A stretch of DNA of 62,731 nt, counting the filler, from Vermamoeba vermiformis (lineage: Eukaryota): NCBI GenBank assembly GCA_045837725.1. It is 5 parts of 5 records of this genome, joined end to end, with 100 filler letters (N's around TTAATTAATTAA, not from the genome) between each part and the next. Parts side by side here need not be neighbours in the genome. Positions count along the whole stretch, not along the records: positions 46,976 to 62,731 come from JBEWZL010000226.1; 4 more parts are not named here. The stretch is one strand, 5' to 3'. Both the position numbers and the translations under genes were made by a program. Of this stretch, positions 48,886-62,571 are shown in pieces. Under the pieces are notes generated by a model. The model had not been told where the DNA came from. It saw only the letters and a program-made list of their open reading frames with translations, and ran no database searches. Every line of letters begins with the position of its first letter. Position 1 is the stretch's first letter.

Positions 48886-50508
48886 GTAATATTTTTGTAG
48901 AGAAGCTTCCACCATTTGTGTAAATATTATATATTAATTTTAATTTTTTAATTTTCTTTCACGTAATTGGAATTCGGATCGAGCTTAGTGCTTGTACGTT
49001 ATCCGATTTTTCCATAAAATATCATTTATTTTATTACTGCGTAATACGCTAACGTATTTTTTTACAGAGGCCGTTACAGATTGCAATGTCAATTTTTATA
49101 ATCGCGATCGAAAGGGTTATTAACTTTCGTTTCGAGCGATTGCGACCACCAATGGTCGCTGAGTGTTATTGAGCACCGTTATGCTCGTACCGTGCTTTGG
49201 TTGGTGCTCTTGGCGGCGAACCCTCACAGTGCACTCGCCGGTCTTGAAGGCGAGATTCGATGGTCTAACGTTAGACGCATCAAAATTATTGGTAAGTCAT
49301 TCGTTAATAACAGCAATCAATAATAAGTCAGGATTATAATTTAGTTGGTTCGTTTGTGCATCGTTGTCACAGCGAGCACCGCGATTTAAAGAAATTGGAG
49401 TTACGGATTGAGCTTAGTGCTGAATTAAATTCAAAATTACGTTTTACTTATTATTAATACAAGTGAATTTAAAATCAATTATTACAGGGATCGTGCGTTG
49501 GATCCTTGCAAATGACGGATGCAGATCGCGTACTTGGCGCGATAATAACTTCGAATAGTGCGACCAATTAGCTATAGTAAGTATTAAAATCTATATTCAA
49601 CGGTGCCTAATAACGCTTTTTAATGCAGGACTTATCAAAACATGGATATTAAAGCGTCAATTAATGGGTTGATCTGGCGAGATCGGATTCATAAAATTCA
49701 AATGGTTGGCCCTGACGCGCTTAAAGGTAAGTAAAACTCATTTAATATAATGCATATATCGATATTTAATGTAAGTTTTCGTTGCAGGACTTGATCGATC
49801 CGAAAAATAGAGATCGTGGAATGGGTTCTCGATCCGTAAAATTTTACATTGAGTGCATCGATTGCGCTATAAGTAAGTATAATGGGATTTAACTTACATG
49901 AATAATATACTTATATATATATATTTGATAGCAAAAGTGTCTGCGCGGACTTAGCGGATCCGCGATCAGCTATTTGTAGCGCGTTAACTGTCATCAACAG
50001 TAACGCTATTTAAGTGCGTAAGTGATCACATCGAGAAAATATAACGATTACTAACGCTTTGCATTAATGGATTAGTTAAAAGAGTGTTTATGACGCAGTG
50101 GAGCCGGATCGATGTCGCCACATCTCGCTCAGTAAAATATTTCATTGAGCGTATCGATCGCGCTCTCAGTAAGTACAATGTAATATATATTATATTTGCA
50201 TTATTAATGATCGATAATTCTCAAGAATAAGAGTCTCCACGGACGTAGCTGATCCGGAAAAGGCAGCGCCAGGCAAAACAAAAGGTAAGTTTTGCTAGCA
50301 AAATCAATATTAAAAGGCTAATGCTAACGCATTATAATATTAGATTGAGTTAAAACGGTTTGTTAACCCGCAGAACCGGATCGAAAGCTACCTCCACGAG
50401 ATCCGTTCCGAACCAAAATTTCATGTCAATCGCACCAAAAGTAAGTAGATCACAATATACATTGTCTACACGACACAATGATTGATCGTTTTTAAAGGAA
50501 TTGTTTAT

Positions 50509-51088
50509 TTATCCGTCAGAATAAAGCTCTTCGTCAGAATAAAGCTCTTCGTCAGTTTCGGATTTACATTCTTGCCAGTCCAGAATACGCTTCACCTCGA
50601 GAGAGTCAGTCCAACCATTTGCATCACAATTGTTGCTATACTTACTGTAAGGACACCATTATCAACACTGATTTTGTAGAACGTTGCGAGTCCTGTGGCG
50701 TCGAGAATAAAACTAAAATTGTAAATGTTGATAATAAATAACGTTAGGTTACTTACTTACTTCATTTTTTTCACTTGCTCGTGTTGCGTAATCCCTTTTG
50801 GATTACAAGTACGAAGGATTTGATTCACGACGTCAAATCCGAACCAGTAGGTATCTGGTCGCCGATTTATTAGCGTGACAATAAATTCCTTCGAAATGTC
50901 ATTACCTAATATGTTATTAATTATTATAATAACATAAACTTCAAAAACTTACTCAGATGTCGCAGTTGTTTCGCTATCTCTTTGATTTTAGAAAGGCCAA
51001 TCAGGGTAAAATTAGAAATACCCTGAGTGGTTAAGTAGGCGGTGCCTGTTTTAATTTCATAAACAATTCCGTACTTCATGTATTGCAT
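50509..51088 (-). CDS. Four-exon orphan protein of about 144 aa (absent from the ORF track)
   Basis: Three GTAAGT...AG introns give an open frame MQYMKYGIVYEIKTG...YWFGFDVVNQIL...LDATGLATFYKISVDNG...ETDEELYSDEELYSDG*. Confidence 0.7.
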
Positions 51089-51933
51089 TTGTTAGTTACC
51101 AAAATTACAGTGCGAACGGAAATCAATGCGTTAATTTGTTAGTCATCGAATAAACACAACATTTTAGCCTGGTGCCACGAAGCCAAGCGCGAGCGACACG
51201 TAGAGTGAAGAATCGAATGCAATGATTTACTCGAGGAGTTGTCGTTCTTAAATCAAAGCAGTAAGTAACAACAATATTATGATTAATATAATTACTTGCC
51301 AGCCAGCAAGTCCGTAATTCCAAATTTTTCATGGCTCACGACTGTCAAATCTGTAATTCTGAATTTATTAAACGAAAAATATTTTGCGCACGTGCTTCAA
51401 ATATTCAATCTGGATTTTGTCTCGTATTAACCTGTCCTCCGCGAATTAATTCTAAATTTAGGACGTCCAAAAATAAGTCTCTAGATCCGAACCCAATGCC
51501 GAGAAGACAATCATGAGCTAACTGCTCAGTTGTAGCACGTGGTAACGCATGGTGATTTGCCATAAAGGCGAATCAAGACTCTCAAAACGAAGGTAAGATC
51601 GGATCAAAATTAAATCACTTCTAACGCTGTTCTTATCTAACTGTTTATAGTCGCGAGCTTACTGCATGGACAACTCCAAGAAATGGCCGTAGAGACGAAG
51701 GGGCATGGCAGAAGCTTGCCGTGGTAAGTAAAACTGGTAAATCCAGGGATGAAGCGTGGCCTTAACACGTTTTTTTGTAAATAGGTTGCTTTTTTGATTT
51801 TAGTCAAGAATCCCGCGCATTTCAATGCCCAGAATATAGCCGTTACAATGCCAAAACAATAAAAGCGAAGCAGCAGCGCTGGATCGGAGCAATTTCAAAT
51901 ACAACACAGTAACAACACCTTAACGACAACGGT

Positions 51934-54900
51934 ATGTCCAACCCCAATCTATCAAAAATTTTGCTTAAAATTATACAAGAAAACGTCCTGTCGGGGGACT
52001 TTAAAGTGGCCAAATTCAAATCCAATCTAAAAGAATTTTTGAAATTTGTTACGGCCACATTTTCTTTTATCAACGCTGACAAAGATCAATTGTCCGTCAA
52101 CACTACGATTGATGCAGTTTGCTCGAAACTGGTTGCAAGCAGTTTTAGCAAGCTGAAAAGCCCTAAGACATCTCGCGTGTACCTCTCTGTGGTGTATGGC
52201 TCGCGTGTTCTTGGCCTACAGTTCTCGTCCCAAGAGGAAGTGCGCGAACACTTGAATAAGCGCTATGGCCCTAATCTTGTGCTCGCAACAGACACAATAG
52301 AGCTTGGTAAGTTTATTTATTATTCATTGTTGATTCGCGCTAATTCAGTCGTCACTCAGCCTCAAAGCACGTCGGAACTTTCAGTAAGAAGCGCAAAGCA
52401 AGCGGCAATATTGACAGTACCACGAAGCGGCAAAAGGTAAATGTTAGATGTACTTAGGTAATCAAAAGCTAACGTTTTCATTTAGATCTCGGACACCAAC
52501 ACTATTTCCATTGAATCGCAAGAAGAGCAATCTGACGCGGAGGCTGGAAAACGGGCAAGCAAGCCTGTGGAGCGATTCTATGGCGATACTGCTGTCGGGT
52601 TGGTTGGTGATTTCTCACCCGAAGAGTATGAAGACTTCGCCAAATCCGTTAAAAGAGACGAGAAGCAAGCAGGTAGTACTTGACTATATTGGTTCGTAAT
52701 ATTATTTGCTAACAATATCTCGTTGCTAGGAAAAATTTCAAAGCAAGCTCGTAAATACCTTGATTACCTGCATCAACACAACGTGCAGTTAATTGTCGAG
52801 AAGCGCACGATTAGGCGAATGAAGATTGGTGATGAGGGCGAAACAAGTAAGTATTAATAGTTAAAATCATTAGGCTAAGCTGATCGCTAATATTTTTTTT
52901 AAGTTGACGTGACAAATCCAGTTGTTATCATTATTGATGACGATGAAAGCTACCTCTCACAATCCGCAAGTGCTTCTGAATCAAGCTCCGACTCAGAATC
53001 AAGTTCCGACTCCGAATCTAGCTCTCAGTCAACGGATTCCAGTACCAGCACTTCGAAGAAGAAGAAAACAAAGAAGACCAACAAGAAAAGGTCAAAGAAG
53101 AACAAGAAAGCAAAGAAGAACAAGAAATCAAATACAACCGTTGTGGCCAAATCTACGGCAGTGGTTGCAACCCCAGAAAAAACAAAAATTGCGCCGACCT
53201 CCCCAAACCGCTTGAGTATGTCATTACTAGTATTAAGTAGTTGATCACGTATTAACCAAATTATCTAGATTCGTTTGATTCATTTTTGGGCTACCTTCGA
53301 ACTCGATCTGTTGATTCGGAGACTTTTAAATCCATTTGCGAACAACTGGCTGCCAATCAACCGGTGCAAGAGGTTATTATGACCTTAAACTCACCGTTGC
53401 TACCCCCAGCTTTTTTGAATTGCTGGTTCAACGAGTCACTCGCGGATGTGTCGAAGGAAGCTGTGCTTCAAGAATGCTCAACCTCCCTCCAACCAATTGT
53501 AAAAGGATTACATTCATTGAAGGTACGTCCTCATTATTTGTTAAGACATTCAGCGGTTAATAATTAATAATATTTAGATCCATCAGAAAGCGCAGCTGTT
53601 TGTCGTTGGCACTGTTCTCGAGGCTTTGCACGCCCAGTGCACCAACGACATAAAAGCCTCCTTGCCACCGAATAGCGATTGTGCTACTGCCATCAATGAT
53701 GCAGTTGTGGCGAAACTAGAGCAAAGTGCTGCGTTCAAATCCTTACAGCAACTTGGCATCTTTCGTCGCAATTTTACAACAGCGGCCAACAAAAGAGAGG
53801 TCTTTCGAGTGTAAGCAATTTAATATTCTTATTTTCACTTCTAACATGTTATGGCAGATTCAAATCCGAAATCAAAAAGTTCACTGTGCTTTGCCGTGTA
53901 TCTCCGGCAATAGTTTTCAACGATGCGTCATTTGATGCGTTAATTACAAAGAGTCCAAGCACGGAGGTGTTTCTCACTCAATGGCCGTTGTTGTCGAATC
54001 TATCGGATCACGGCTTGGATTCGGCTTATTTTATGAAGTGGCCTTCTGTTTATTCAATTAATTAGATTATCCCCCGACATACTTTATTATTTATCGTTTT
54101 GTTGTAATTACTAATAAATAAGTCACCAGATATGGAGCACAACATTCCCGAACACGAAGGCAACACACGAGCTCAACGATCTCTGTTGGCATTCGAAGAT
54201 GATGTCAGTTACTCAGACAGTGACAGTGTCGAGTTGGTAAGTACCTTACTTAATTAAGAACATTAGTACTAACTCTGTCAGTCTTTCACCGCCGAAGATT
54301 ATCTTCGCAATCGGTCAGCAACTAGTCCGTTGGATTGCTCACTGTACTCGTCAATGGAGTTTGCTGAACAACTGGCATTAGTACAAGCTATCGACAAGTA
54401 AGTTATCAAACATTCGACCGGTTGTACTTACTAATAATGCTCAAAGGCTCGAAGAAGTTGATGGTCAAGTTGGGCTTAGCTCAGACAAACAAGAAGCCTT
54501 AGCCTTTGCCATTAGCAGTGGTGCTGAACCGCGCTCCATTTGGACGAAGAACCTGGAATCTGGGCCAGTGTTCGTAGTTCAAGACAAGTCAGATCTTCCC
54601 GACTTAAATGAAGCGACCAATCCTGAGGCAATTGATTGGCTGCATTCAACAACCCACTGCACTGTTGCAGCAGCATTCCCAACTGCTGGCTGTGCAGCGT
54701 ATCAAGCCCACATTGATGTAGATGCGACTACGCTACTCACTGACACTCTCTCTGTGGTCAAGGCTCCCATTCGCATGCACGTCGTTCCACACGAGAATCT
54801 GTTTGCTGATAAGATCAAGCACACTTGGCACGGAGAATCTTTGAGCACCAAGTTGAACTTGGAACTCGGGTAAGTTGTTAACCCTTGTCACGTGATTAAA

Positions 54901-57713
54901 GCTATTAACATTTTAATTAGATCCGTAGACTCGCGACTAGCAGTATTAGTGGTGCTGCCTCAGTTCGACAAGTCACATCCGCAACGGCAACAGATCATAC
55001 GTGCATTATATAAGAAATTATATGCTGGCAAGTATCAATATTCAGCATATCAAAGTGAAAGTATAATCTAATCTTACCAGGTATTAAACGGTCCGATCAA
55101 GCTGGGTCTTCAGGTCTTCAAAAAGATCTGGATGCGCTGATCGAGGATCCAAATGCCCGCACTTCACGCACAACTGTTCTTGTTTCGACTTACGACCACA
55201 TTGAAAATGAGCTTAAGAGCTTTCGGTTCAATCATCACCCGTAAGACGACCTTCTGAATTTCGATCCGTTCGATACTAATTAATTTAAATAGAATTCAAG
55301 TACTGTGGGTGTTTCAATACTTTGGAGACAAATTTAATATCTCCGGAGAGGAGGCTATTGGTGGTTATCTCGACTATCTGGGAAAATTGTTTGACCTATC
55401 AGCAATTTGCGATCCTTCAAATGAAGCTGCACGCAATGTCATTTTTACTCAAGATATTGCTCTAACAATTTCGTAAGTAATTATACATAATGACAAAGAG
55501 ACTAGTACTAAGGAAATTCATTCAGTTCTGCTCACAACTCGGCAAATCCGATTTCAATTGCGTGGAATCCTTTGTTTGCTGGCTCTCTTGGAAGTGTTTG
55601 GAACTCTTCCTTACGAAGTTTGCTGCGCTTCAACAAGAGGCACGAGCATACTGATGCTCACGTTCGTAATGGTCGAACCCAAGTCTACACTAACCTTGGA
55701 GTTGGGGTGTTAAAGAGTGCGATGATCGATTGGCACTCTGACCAAGTCTTGGTCAAGGCGATCAAAGCTTACTTCTCTGGGAGTGAGTATTGGCGTAATA
55801 ATGCTCCATACGCTAACAAGTGCTTTGCTGTACTTGGTCTACCAATGGAGAATATCCTTGCGTGCTCTGCTATCTCAGACGCTGATCAGGCATTGCTATT
55901 AAAACAGTAAGTTCATTCTTTTTGGTCAATGAATGCATTCTAACAGTGCTGTTGCACAGGAAAAAGTTGCTCGAGAAGACTTTCAATGCTAAATCAAATG
56001 AGTCTTCGAAGATTAGCAGTATTATGGGAGTGATGCATGGCAGCTCTTATGGGGCTCGCCTTGAAGTCACACTGCAGAACACCGACAAAGACGGCTTACT
56101 AGAGGCGTACCAAGCTTTGCTGGCTCTTGGAGACTCTATCATCAAGACTCATGTGTCTCTCTCGGACATGTACGACAATGGTCAAATCCCATTTGAGAGT
56201 TTGCGACATAGCCCAATTCAAGTTATTGACTCAAGATCACTCTTTTCACTTGCCAGCTTCCAAGCAAATTTAATCAACAACATGTTCACTGCCCTGTTTA
56301 ACTGTGCAATTGGTAATGGTATGGTTCCCTTATCATAGTGATAACTTGCTAATCCACTTGATAGAGCGTGATGATGTGTTCAATCCTGATATAGTCAATG
56401 GCTTAGCGTTGCTTGAAAATGTATGTAGCACTTTGGATTGAACCTTTATAGCCCTCTAACATAGTTGTAGATACAGCAATTGTTGTGGAGTGGATCATTA
56501 GTGCAACTCAACAATCCAGCTCTTGTCAATCGTCTGGCTCTTTTAAGCCACATTGATGAATTTGGAAGGCTGTTCATTCCACAAACTGTCTTTCATTTCA
56601 ACGATGTCAATCCTCTACTCACTGTTGTGAATCTTCCCCCTGGAAATACGCCAAGTGAAGAACCTTTTATGGCAACTCAACTGGCTCTTTCTCGTCGTTG
56701 TTTCCGACGTGCATTTGGTGGATGTTCAGCAGAATTCTTACGAGTCTTCACCTCCTACAGCTCAGTTTTGCAGCTCTTCATACTACCTCGACAATCTTTC
56801 TTCACTCCGTTGTACAAGTCCAAGACCAACATTATGGCTGCAAACATCCTCAACATGATGTTTACAGAGCTATTTGATGCCATGGACATCGAGCATGATC
56901 AGCATTTGCAACTCTTCGCACAGTTGTGCTTCACTGAACCCATCTTGCCTCCTGCTCTCCCTATTCAGCTAATGACTGCTTCAATCAGTGCACATGTGGT
57001 TCTTGAGAATGTGTTTGACTTGAATGGCACCACTCCTGACTGTTTGTTGGACACGAAGTTTGCAAAACTTTGGCGCTTGGCTTATGGAGTTGTTCCATAC
57101 CTTACAAGGTACTTTATTCAATAGTTGCATTATTGCCAAATTTACTAATCAAACTTGTAGTATGATGAAATGGTCTGCATTTGCAGAATTCCGTGCACTT
57201 GGCTCTCATGTGGTAGATGTAAAGCCAATTGTTCGTGTGAAGGACATACGTGACCAAATGCTTATTTTGTTGCACCAAAGTGGCCTACGCTTCATTCCTG
57301 TGCTTGGGTCGTCAGTATCAGACGGTTTGGTTCTACACTCTGCTACTGGTTACCTAGTTGGTGGCTTAAGTCAACCCTACTACTCCTCTGTATTGCCTCT
57401 CCACAACCACACCAATGGCATACCTCTCCCTCATCCAGTGGATGGCTCCTTCATTTACATGGTTGCTGAAAATCTTTCAAAGAGATTGTGTCAATCTCGA
57501 CAGCAACGTGAAGAATTCTTGGGCCACATCTTATACCACTACACCAAACTGCGACGTATTGATCGTCAAGCTCAGGCCCTTCCCTGCCCTCGCTATCGTG
57601 TGGTCACTTTCGAGCTTCTTGCTGAATCCGGTCTCTTGTACTCAATGGGTCCTCGCTGCCCATTTGAGCTGCTTAGCTTAAATGAGCTGTACCAATTTCA
57701 CTTAGAGAACTAG
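51934..57713 (+). CDS. Large multi-exon protein (roughly 1500 aa) of unknown function with Rep_trans-like motif order
   Basis: Consistent GT-AG exon chain; Ser/Lys-rich linker at 52950-53130; central motifs FTQDIALTI, AIKAYFSGSE and YGARLEVTL. Confidence 0.65.
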
Positions 57714-58456
57714 AAGTTGAAACTTGATTGGTTAATTAATCTAACCAACGTTGGTCTTTTATTTCAGTACTAGCAATAAATATCTTTTCAAATGCACACC
57801 TCTCCAAATTTAATGTCTTTAACACACTGTGGATAAGCAAGTCTACCATGTTTCAAGCAATGCGTAAGCAAGTCTGGCACATTTCAAGCAGTGCGCAAGC
57901 ATGTCTGTTGTAATACAAGCCATGCACAAGCAAGTGTGGCATGCTTCTCACTGCGCAAGCTTGGTAGCTCGTTCATGGATCTAGATCAGTATGGGCTACT
58001 CGGCAAGTCCTTCACTGCCACGCTCGGCAAGATGGTGCAGTCGCTGCAGGCTTGCTCAAGTGATCTACCAACAGGCTTGGAGCAAGATCATTGCCCTGCT
58101 TCAAACCCTCATGTGTGCCCTCGCAGACCTCATGCACCTCGTGTTGATGGACAACAAGAGCATCGCTGCACAACAAGAGGCTACTTCTATCTGCTGCACA
58201 ACCTCACCGTGCAAGTCATTATTCTGCAAGCCAAGGAAACTAGCACAGGACAACAATCATGTGACTATGGCTGTCACTTGATCGGCCCTTTGGTTGTCCT
58301 CAACTCACTAGTTGGTGCAAACAAGACCAATTCAACAAGGGGATTGAACAGCTGCTTGCACCCCTCATCTTGCTGCTGGGCATTGCGCGCTACTTGACAG
58401 CCATTTAATTTGCACTGCCCCCTCCGTGTTACAATGCTAACGGCACCGATTACCAG

Positions 58457-59030
58457 GGTTTATCGCATGTGCACGACTGCGGCATCATTCATGGCGATAT
58501 CAAGCCCTACAACTTCATGGTGGACTCAGACTGTAACACGTGCATCATTGACTTTGACTTCAGTGCTCATGTGGACACTGGTAAGCTCTTTTAAGTGCTT
58601 TTGAAAGGTCCATATTAATTTGCTTGTAGATGACATGGAAAAGCTTGGTGGCACGAAGGGCTATTACACACCTGAGTGGTACGAGCAATACAAAGATGCT
58701 GCTGGAGGTGGCCCAGTGACATTCAAAATTGACATTTGGAGCCTCGCCATCACTATTTGTCAATGTGTATGTTAAAATTGTCTTTGAAGCACGCTTATTT
58801 CTTTGTCATCAGGCAGGAGTAGACTACGGCGAGGTGATCGATCCGCTTGAACGACGCAATGTAATTCTTCGAGAACTGCAACGTGAGATGTAAGTAATGG
58901 CTGATTTATGACTTGATTATAATAACCTGGCGACAGGTTCTTGTTGTGGCTGGTTTGTAGTTTGATTGAGCGAAGGCTAGAGTCAATTTGTCCAAATGAC
59001 AGACCAACTGCTTCAGAGTTGTTTAGCTAG
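58457..59030 (+). pseudogene. Ser/Thr protein kinase C-lobe; no N-lobe found
   Basis: Spliced HGDIKPYNF, IIDFDFS, GGTKGYYTPEW, DIWSLAI, RPTASELF. Confidence 0.7.
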
Positions 59031-60078
59031 CTCGTGAAAGTGTACGGCAATTGAAAAATTGTTGGAAATGAAGATTAATCTGCTGCTGCTACTCAGTTCT
59101 TGCACAGCACTCGAACGGTGGCAAAGTTGTTCTAGATCGAGATGGTTTCTCATAGATTTTTTTGTCAACGCTTTCATATTTATTGGCTGATGAATATGCA
59201 ATGTATTGATTGAGTAAAGTTTATTTATTTATGATAAATACACGAATAAATCCTATTTATCGTTTGTTCGATTCTGTTCCGTTGCCAGCGCTAACAAATC
59301 TACCATCATTTTTGAATTTTGAGCCCACAAGGATTGGTTTTATTGTCGAACTTGGAGCACCATGACCAGGCACTCGTTCATTGACTGATATTATCTGTCC
59401 ATTCTGTGGTTGTGACAAGCACTACCTGCATCATCTTTGGTTAAAACATCCTTGGGAAGTCAAAAAACCAGTACTCACGATCACTCATTTTCCCGGTGCA
59501 ACACTTCAGTCATTACCACTTCACAAACCACACTACGATTGGATGCATGGGTGCACATCATTGCCTACTAAATGGATAAAATTTCACTATGGTAATTAAA
59601 TTGAGTATAATGGTGAGCGATCGCTGAAAGTGTCGCTGTAACTCTGTTAACGGCGACACTAACAGTGAAGACCCACCATTATCTCCTTATTGGGGATTAA
59701 ACCCCGTTTTGGTGCTCTGAAACCCCGTTAGCGAGACTATTTTGGGGTTACAGGCAACTCGTCCAATTAATTTTACCCAGATCCGATAATGTTTATCGGG
59801 CCTGGACTTTATAAATAATCGCTATAGGTGCACATTATACTATTATATATATATATATTATTATGGTGCTAATACTTGGGCCAAGCAAGTACTTGGAGTT
59901 GTGAAACCGAGATCTCGGAGATCTCGGGCAACGAACCGGGATTAGCGACCCCTATAGCAATAATACCCCCTAAAACAGGGTTTTAGTAGCCTGTAACGGG
60001 GTTTCCGCCCCTGTTACCAAGTTATCGCCAAATTATATTCGGTTTGGCCACTGTAGTGAAATTTTATCCAATATATAC

Positions 60079-60620
60079 ATGCACTTCACTCCACGAACCC
60101 CAGCGAAGAGTGCATTCTTCAAACTTGTTGAGAAATTTCGAAAAAAATGGTCGTTCAAGAATTTGCTCGAACCTGTTGGAATGAAGAAGTGGTGGAGCAG
60201 TAATTGGATTACACACTTTGAGGACATATTCAACAACACCTCAATCACAATATTGCATGGAGTTATGTTAATACGTGGATCTGTTCAACAACTGAAATGA
60301 CTTTGCTGGTTGATTCATGCTGAGTGTTTTATGAATTTGCCTACAAAAGGCAAACAAGAGAAGAGGACTTCATACCTCTTTATTACACACGCCATTCACT
60401 TTGCTCTATCTTTGCATACATGAGGTGGCACCTTGATCCAACATGTTGAACGAAGCTATTGTTTATGCCATTCAAGACAATGGAGCATTTCGAACTCTTC
60501 AAGAGGGCATTACATGCCAACCATGACGTCAAAGAGGATTGTAGGTGCACCTCTGCACAAGACCTGACTTAAGCGCTGGACCTTCAAGAGCTAGAGCGGC
60601 GATTAGCTGAATTACCACTC
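60079..60620 (+). pseudogene. Possible degenerate Mutator-like transposase fragment
   Basis: AFFKLVEKFRKKW...WWSSNW resembles MULE C-terminal helices; multiple stops follow. Confidence 0.25.
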
Positions 60621-61034
60621 AGCATTCGAAGAGCAGCATGACCAATTTAACATTGATAGTGCCTCGACAATATCGTTTGCCAAATATACCCCCTTGGCCT
60701 ATGCTGTCACTGCATTTGACGAATGCCCATACCAAAAATTAGCGGATCAAAGGCAATAATAATTTTGAAAATTCTAAATAAAACAGCGGTCAATTTTATA
60801 ACAGCCGTTGTAATGAATATAACGCGGATAATATTTAATATCGCTAGCAATAAACCCTTCAAATTTACGCGTTTGTCAGAATAAATGGAAATTTCTACAA
60901 TTGGTACTTTGAAACAAACGAACACCCACAGTTTAATGTCGTGATGTAAGATCCACTTTACTTTACGCCTCCTGCATGCATGGTTTTGAACTTGAGGATC
61001 GAACTCTACTCATCCATTCATCGAACTGAGCATA

Positions 61035-61478
61035 ATGAAATCTATTGGAGTTAAGAGACAACGTAGCACTGAAGATCAAATCAATTATAAGAAAACAAAG
61101 AAGTTGAAAGCTGCCGATCCATACTTGTCAGTTTTCGCTTTGCCAGAGTTGGTCAAAAATATAATCAAACACCTCATAAATTACCCTAAGGCAATATTGA
61201 GCATATCAGGAGTTTCAAAGATGTAAGTGCTATTTTCTAGAATTTACAATATTAATTTTTGAATTTCATTTAAAATTAGGGTTAGGCATAACAATTTGAT
61301 CCAAAATAAAGCCACTTGGGTACGACTAGGATTCTCATCGAATAGCTTTCAAGGATCAACGCTCTCCAAAAGCTCGTTGAAAGCTGTACTGGCTCAGATT
61401 TGCTTTAGTCATAAATTTAAGAAGCTTGCAAGACTTTATTCAGACATCTCATGCATTGAAGAGTCCTATTTAAGGTAA
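61035..61478 (+). CDS. F-box-like protein, N-terminal exons (probably truncated)
   Basis: Basic NLS-like start followed by SVFALPELVKNIIKHL...LSISGVSKM. Confidence 0.5.
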
Positions 61479-62079
61479 ATGACACCCTTATATAATATTA
61501 TTTGTCAATACTATGCCTAATCGAGAAATTTAGAAAAGCAGTTATTGCTAATCCATATGGCCTGCATCGGTTCTATGCATCATGGCAACAGAATCCATTC
61601 ATAATTGGTATATGATGTCCTTACTATTAGTTGTGTATGCCATATCAATAGGACCCCTTGATTTGCTTGTGACTCTGATAGCCAAAATCCAGTGCCAGAT
61701 TTTGTCTGACTTCTCACCAGATCTGGATATCAGCTTCTACATTTCAGAATCAGCTAATACTTGGACCATAGTATATTCATATGAATTGTTATTGATCCAT
61801 GCCATATCTGCAAAGATTGCATGTTTGCAGCCTTTGACGCATCCAGCTAGCCATCCAGATCTCAGAGCCATGATATTGGATTGATGAATCTCTTTCATAT
61901 TCTTATGTTACTATATTTATGTATATTTATCATAATAGTATCGACCTGTTCCGACAGTTGATCCATCCTTGCTAGGATTTGAGTCCCTGATCAGCTATGC
62001 AGTAACTTTGAGATTGGATTCAAAACCATGTCAAATCAATCAGAAACATATTAAAACATGATATAAACAGTGTATCTGA

Positions 62080-62460
62080 TAGATTCAAGTTGAAATGTCA
62101 AGTTGATCATAGGTAGAAGGAGGCAACCCTAACCCAGTGGTCAGAATCAAGTATCAAAGTTGGGATTTGACTTCAGAATCAATGTTTAATCAATGAATCA
62201 TAGTGAATATGAAGAAAATAACAGATCTGAGTTGAAGTCAACTTGATCCAATCCCTTGGTCTGGATCAGTGCCAAGAGTCAAGGGTCAAAGTTGGGATCT
62301 GACTTTGGAATCAGTGTTTAATGCATGAATCATAGCTAATATAAGTAAAATACCAGATCTGTGTTGAAGTTAGATCAATTTGATCCCTTGATCTGAATTA
62401 ACAGCCAAGGTCTGTGGCTTGGTAAAATCAAAGTATGTTTTACAGCAATCCAGATTTGAT
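62080..62460. repeat. Degenerate ~130-bp subtelomeric repeats
   Basis: tcaaagttgggat(t/c)tgactt..gaatca.tgtttaat...atgaatcatag...cagatctg.gttgaagt occurs near 62155 and 62286, with partial flanking copies. Confidence 0.75.
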
Positions 62461-62571
62461 ACATGGTTGGATAGGGCTTTAAAAGGCCTTCAAAACGGTA
62501 CCAGTCTTGCCTCTTAGCTGCCAGTAAGGGAGAAAAGAAGAGGGTTTAAGATGAGTTAGGGCTAAGCGGAG

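Noticed and set aside
59381-59599. C2H2-like zinc finger (CPFCGCDKHYLHHLWLKH)
   Set aside because: Short, non-ATG start and atypical spacing; at most a TE remnant.
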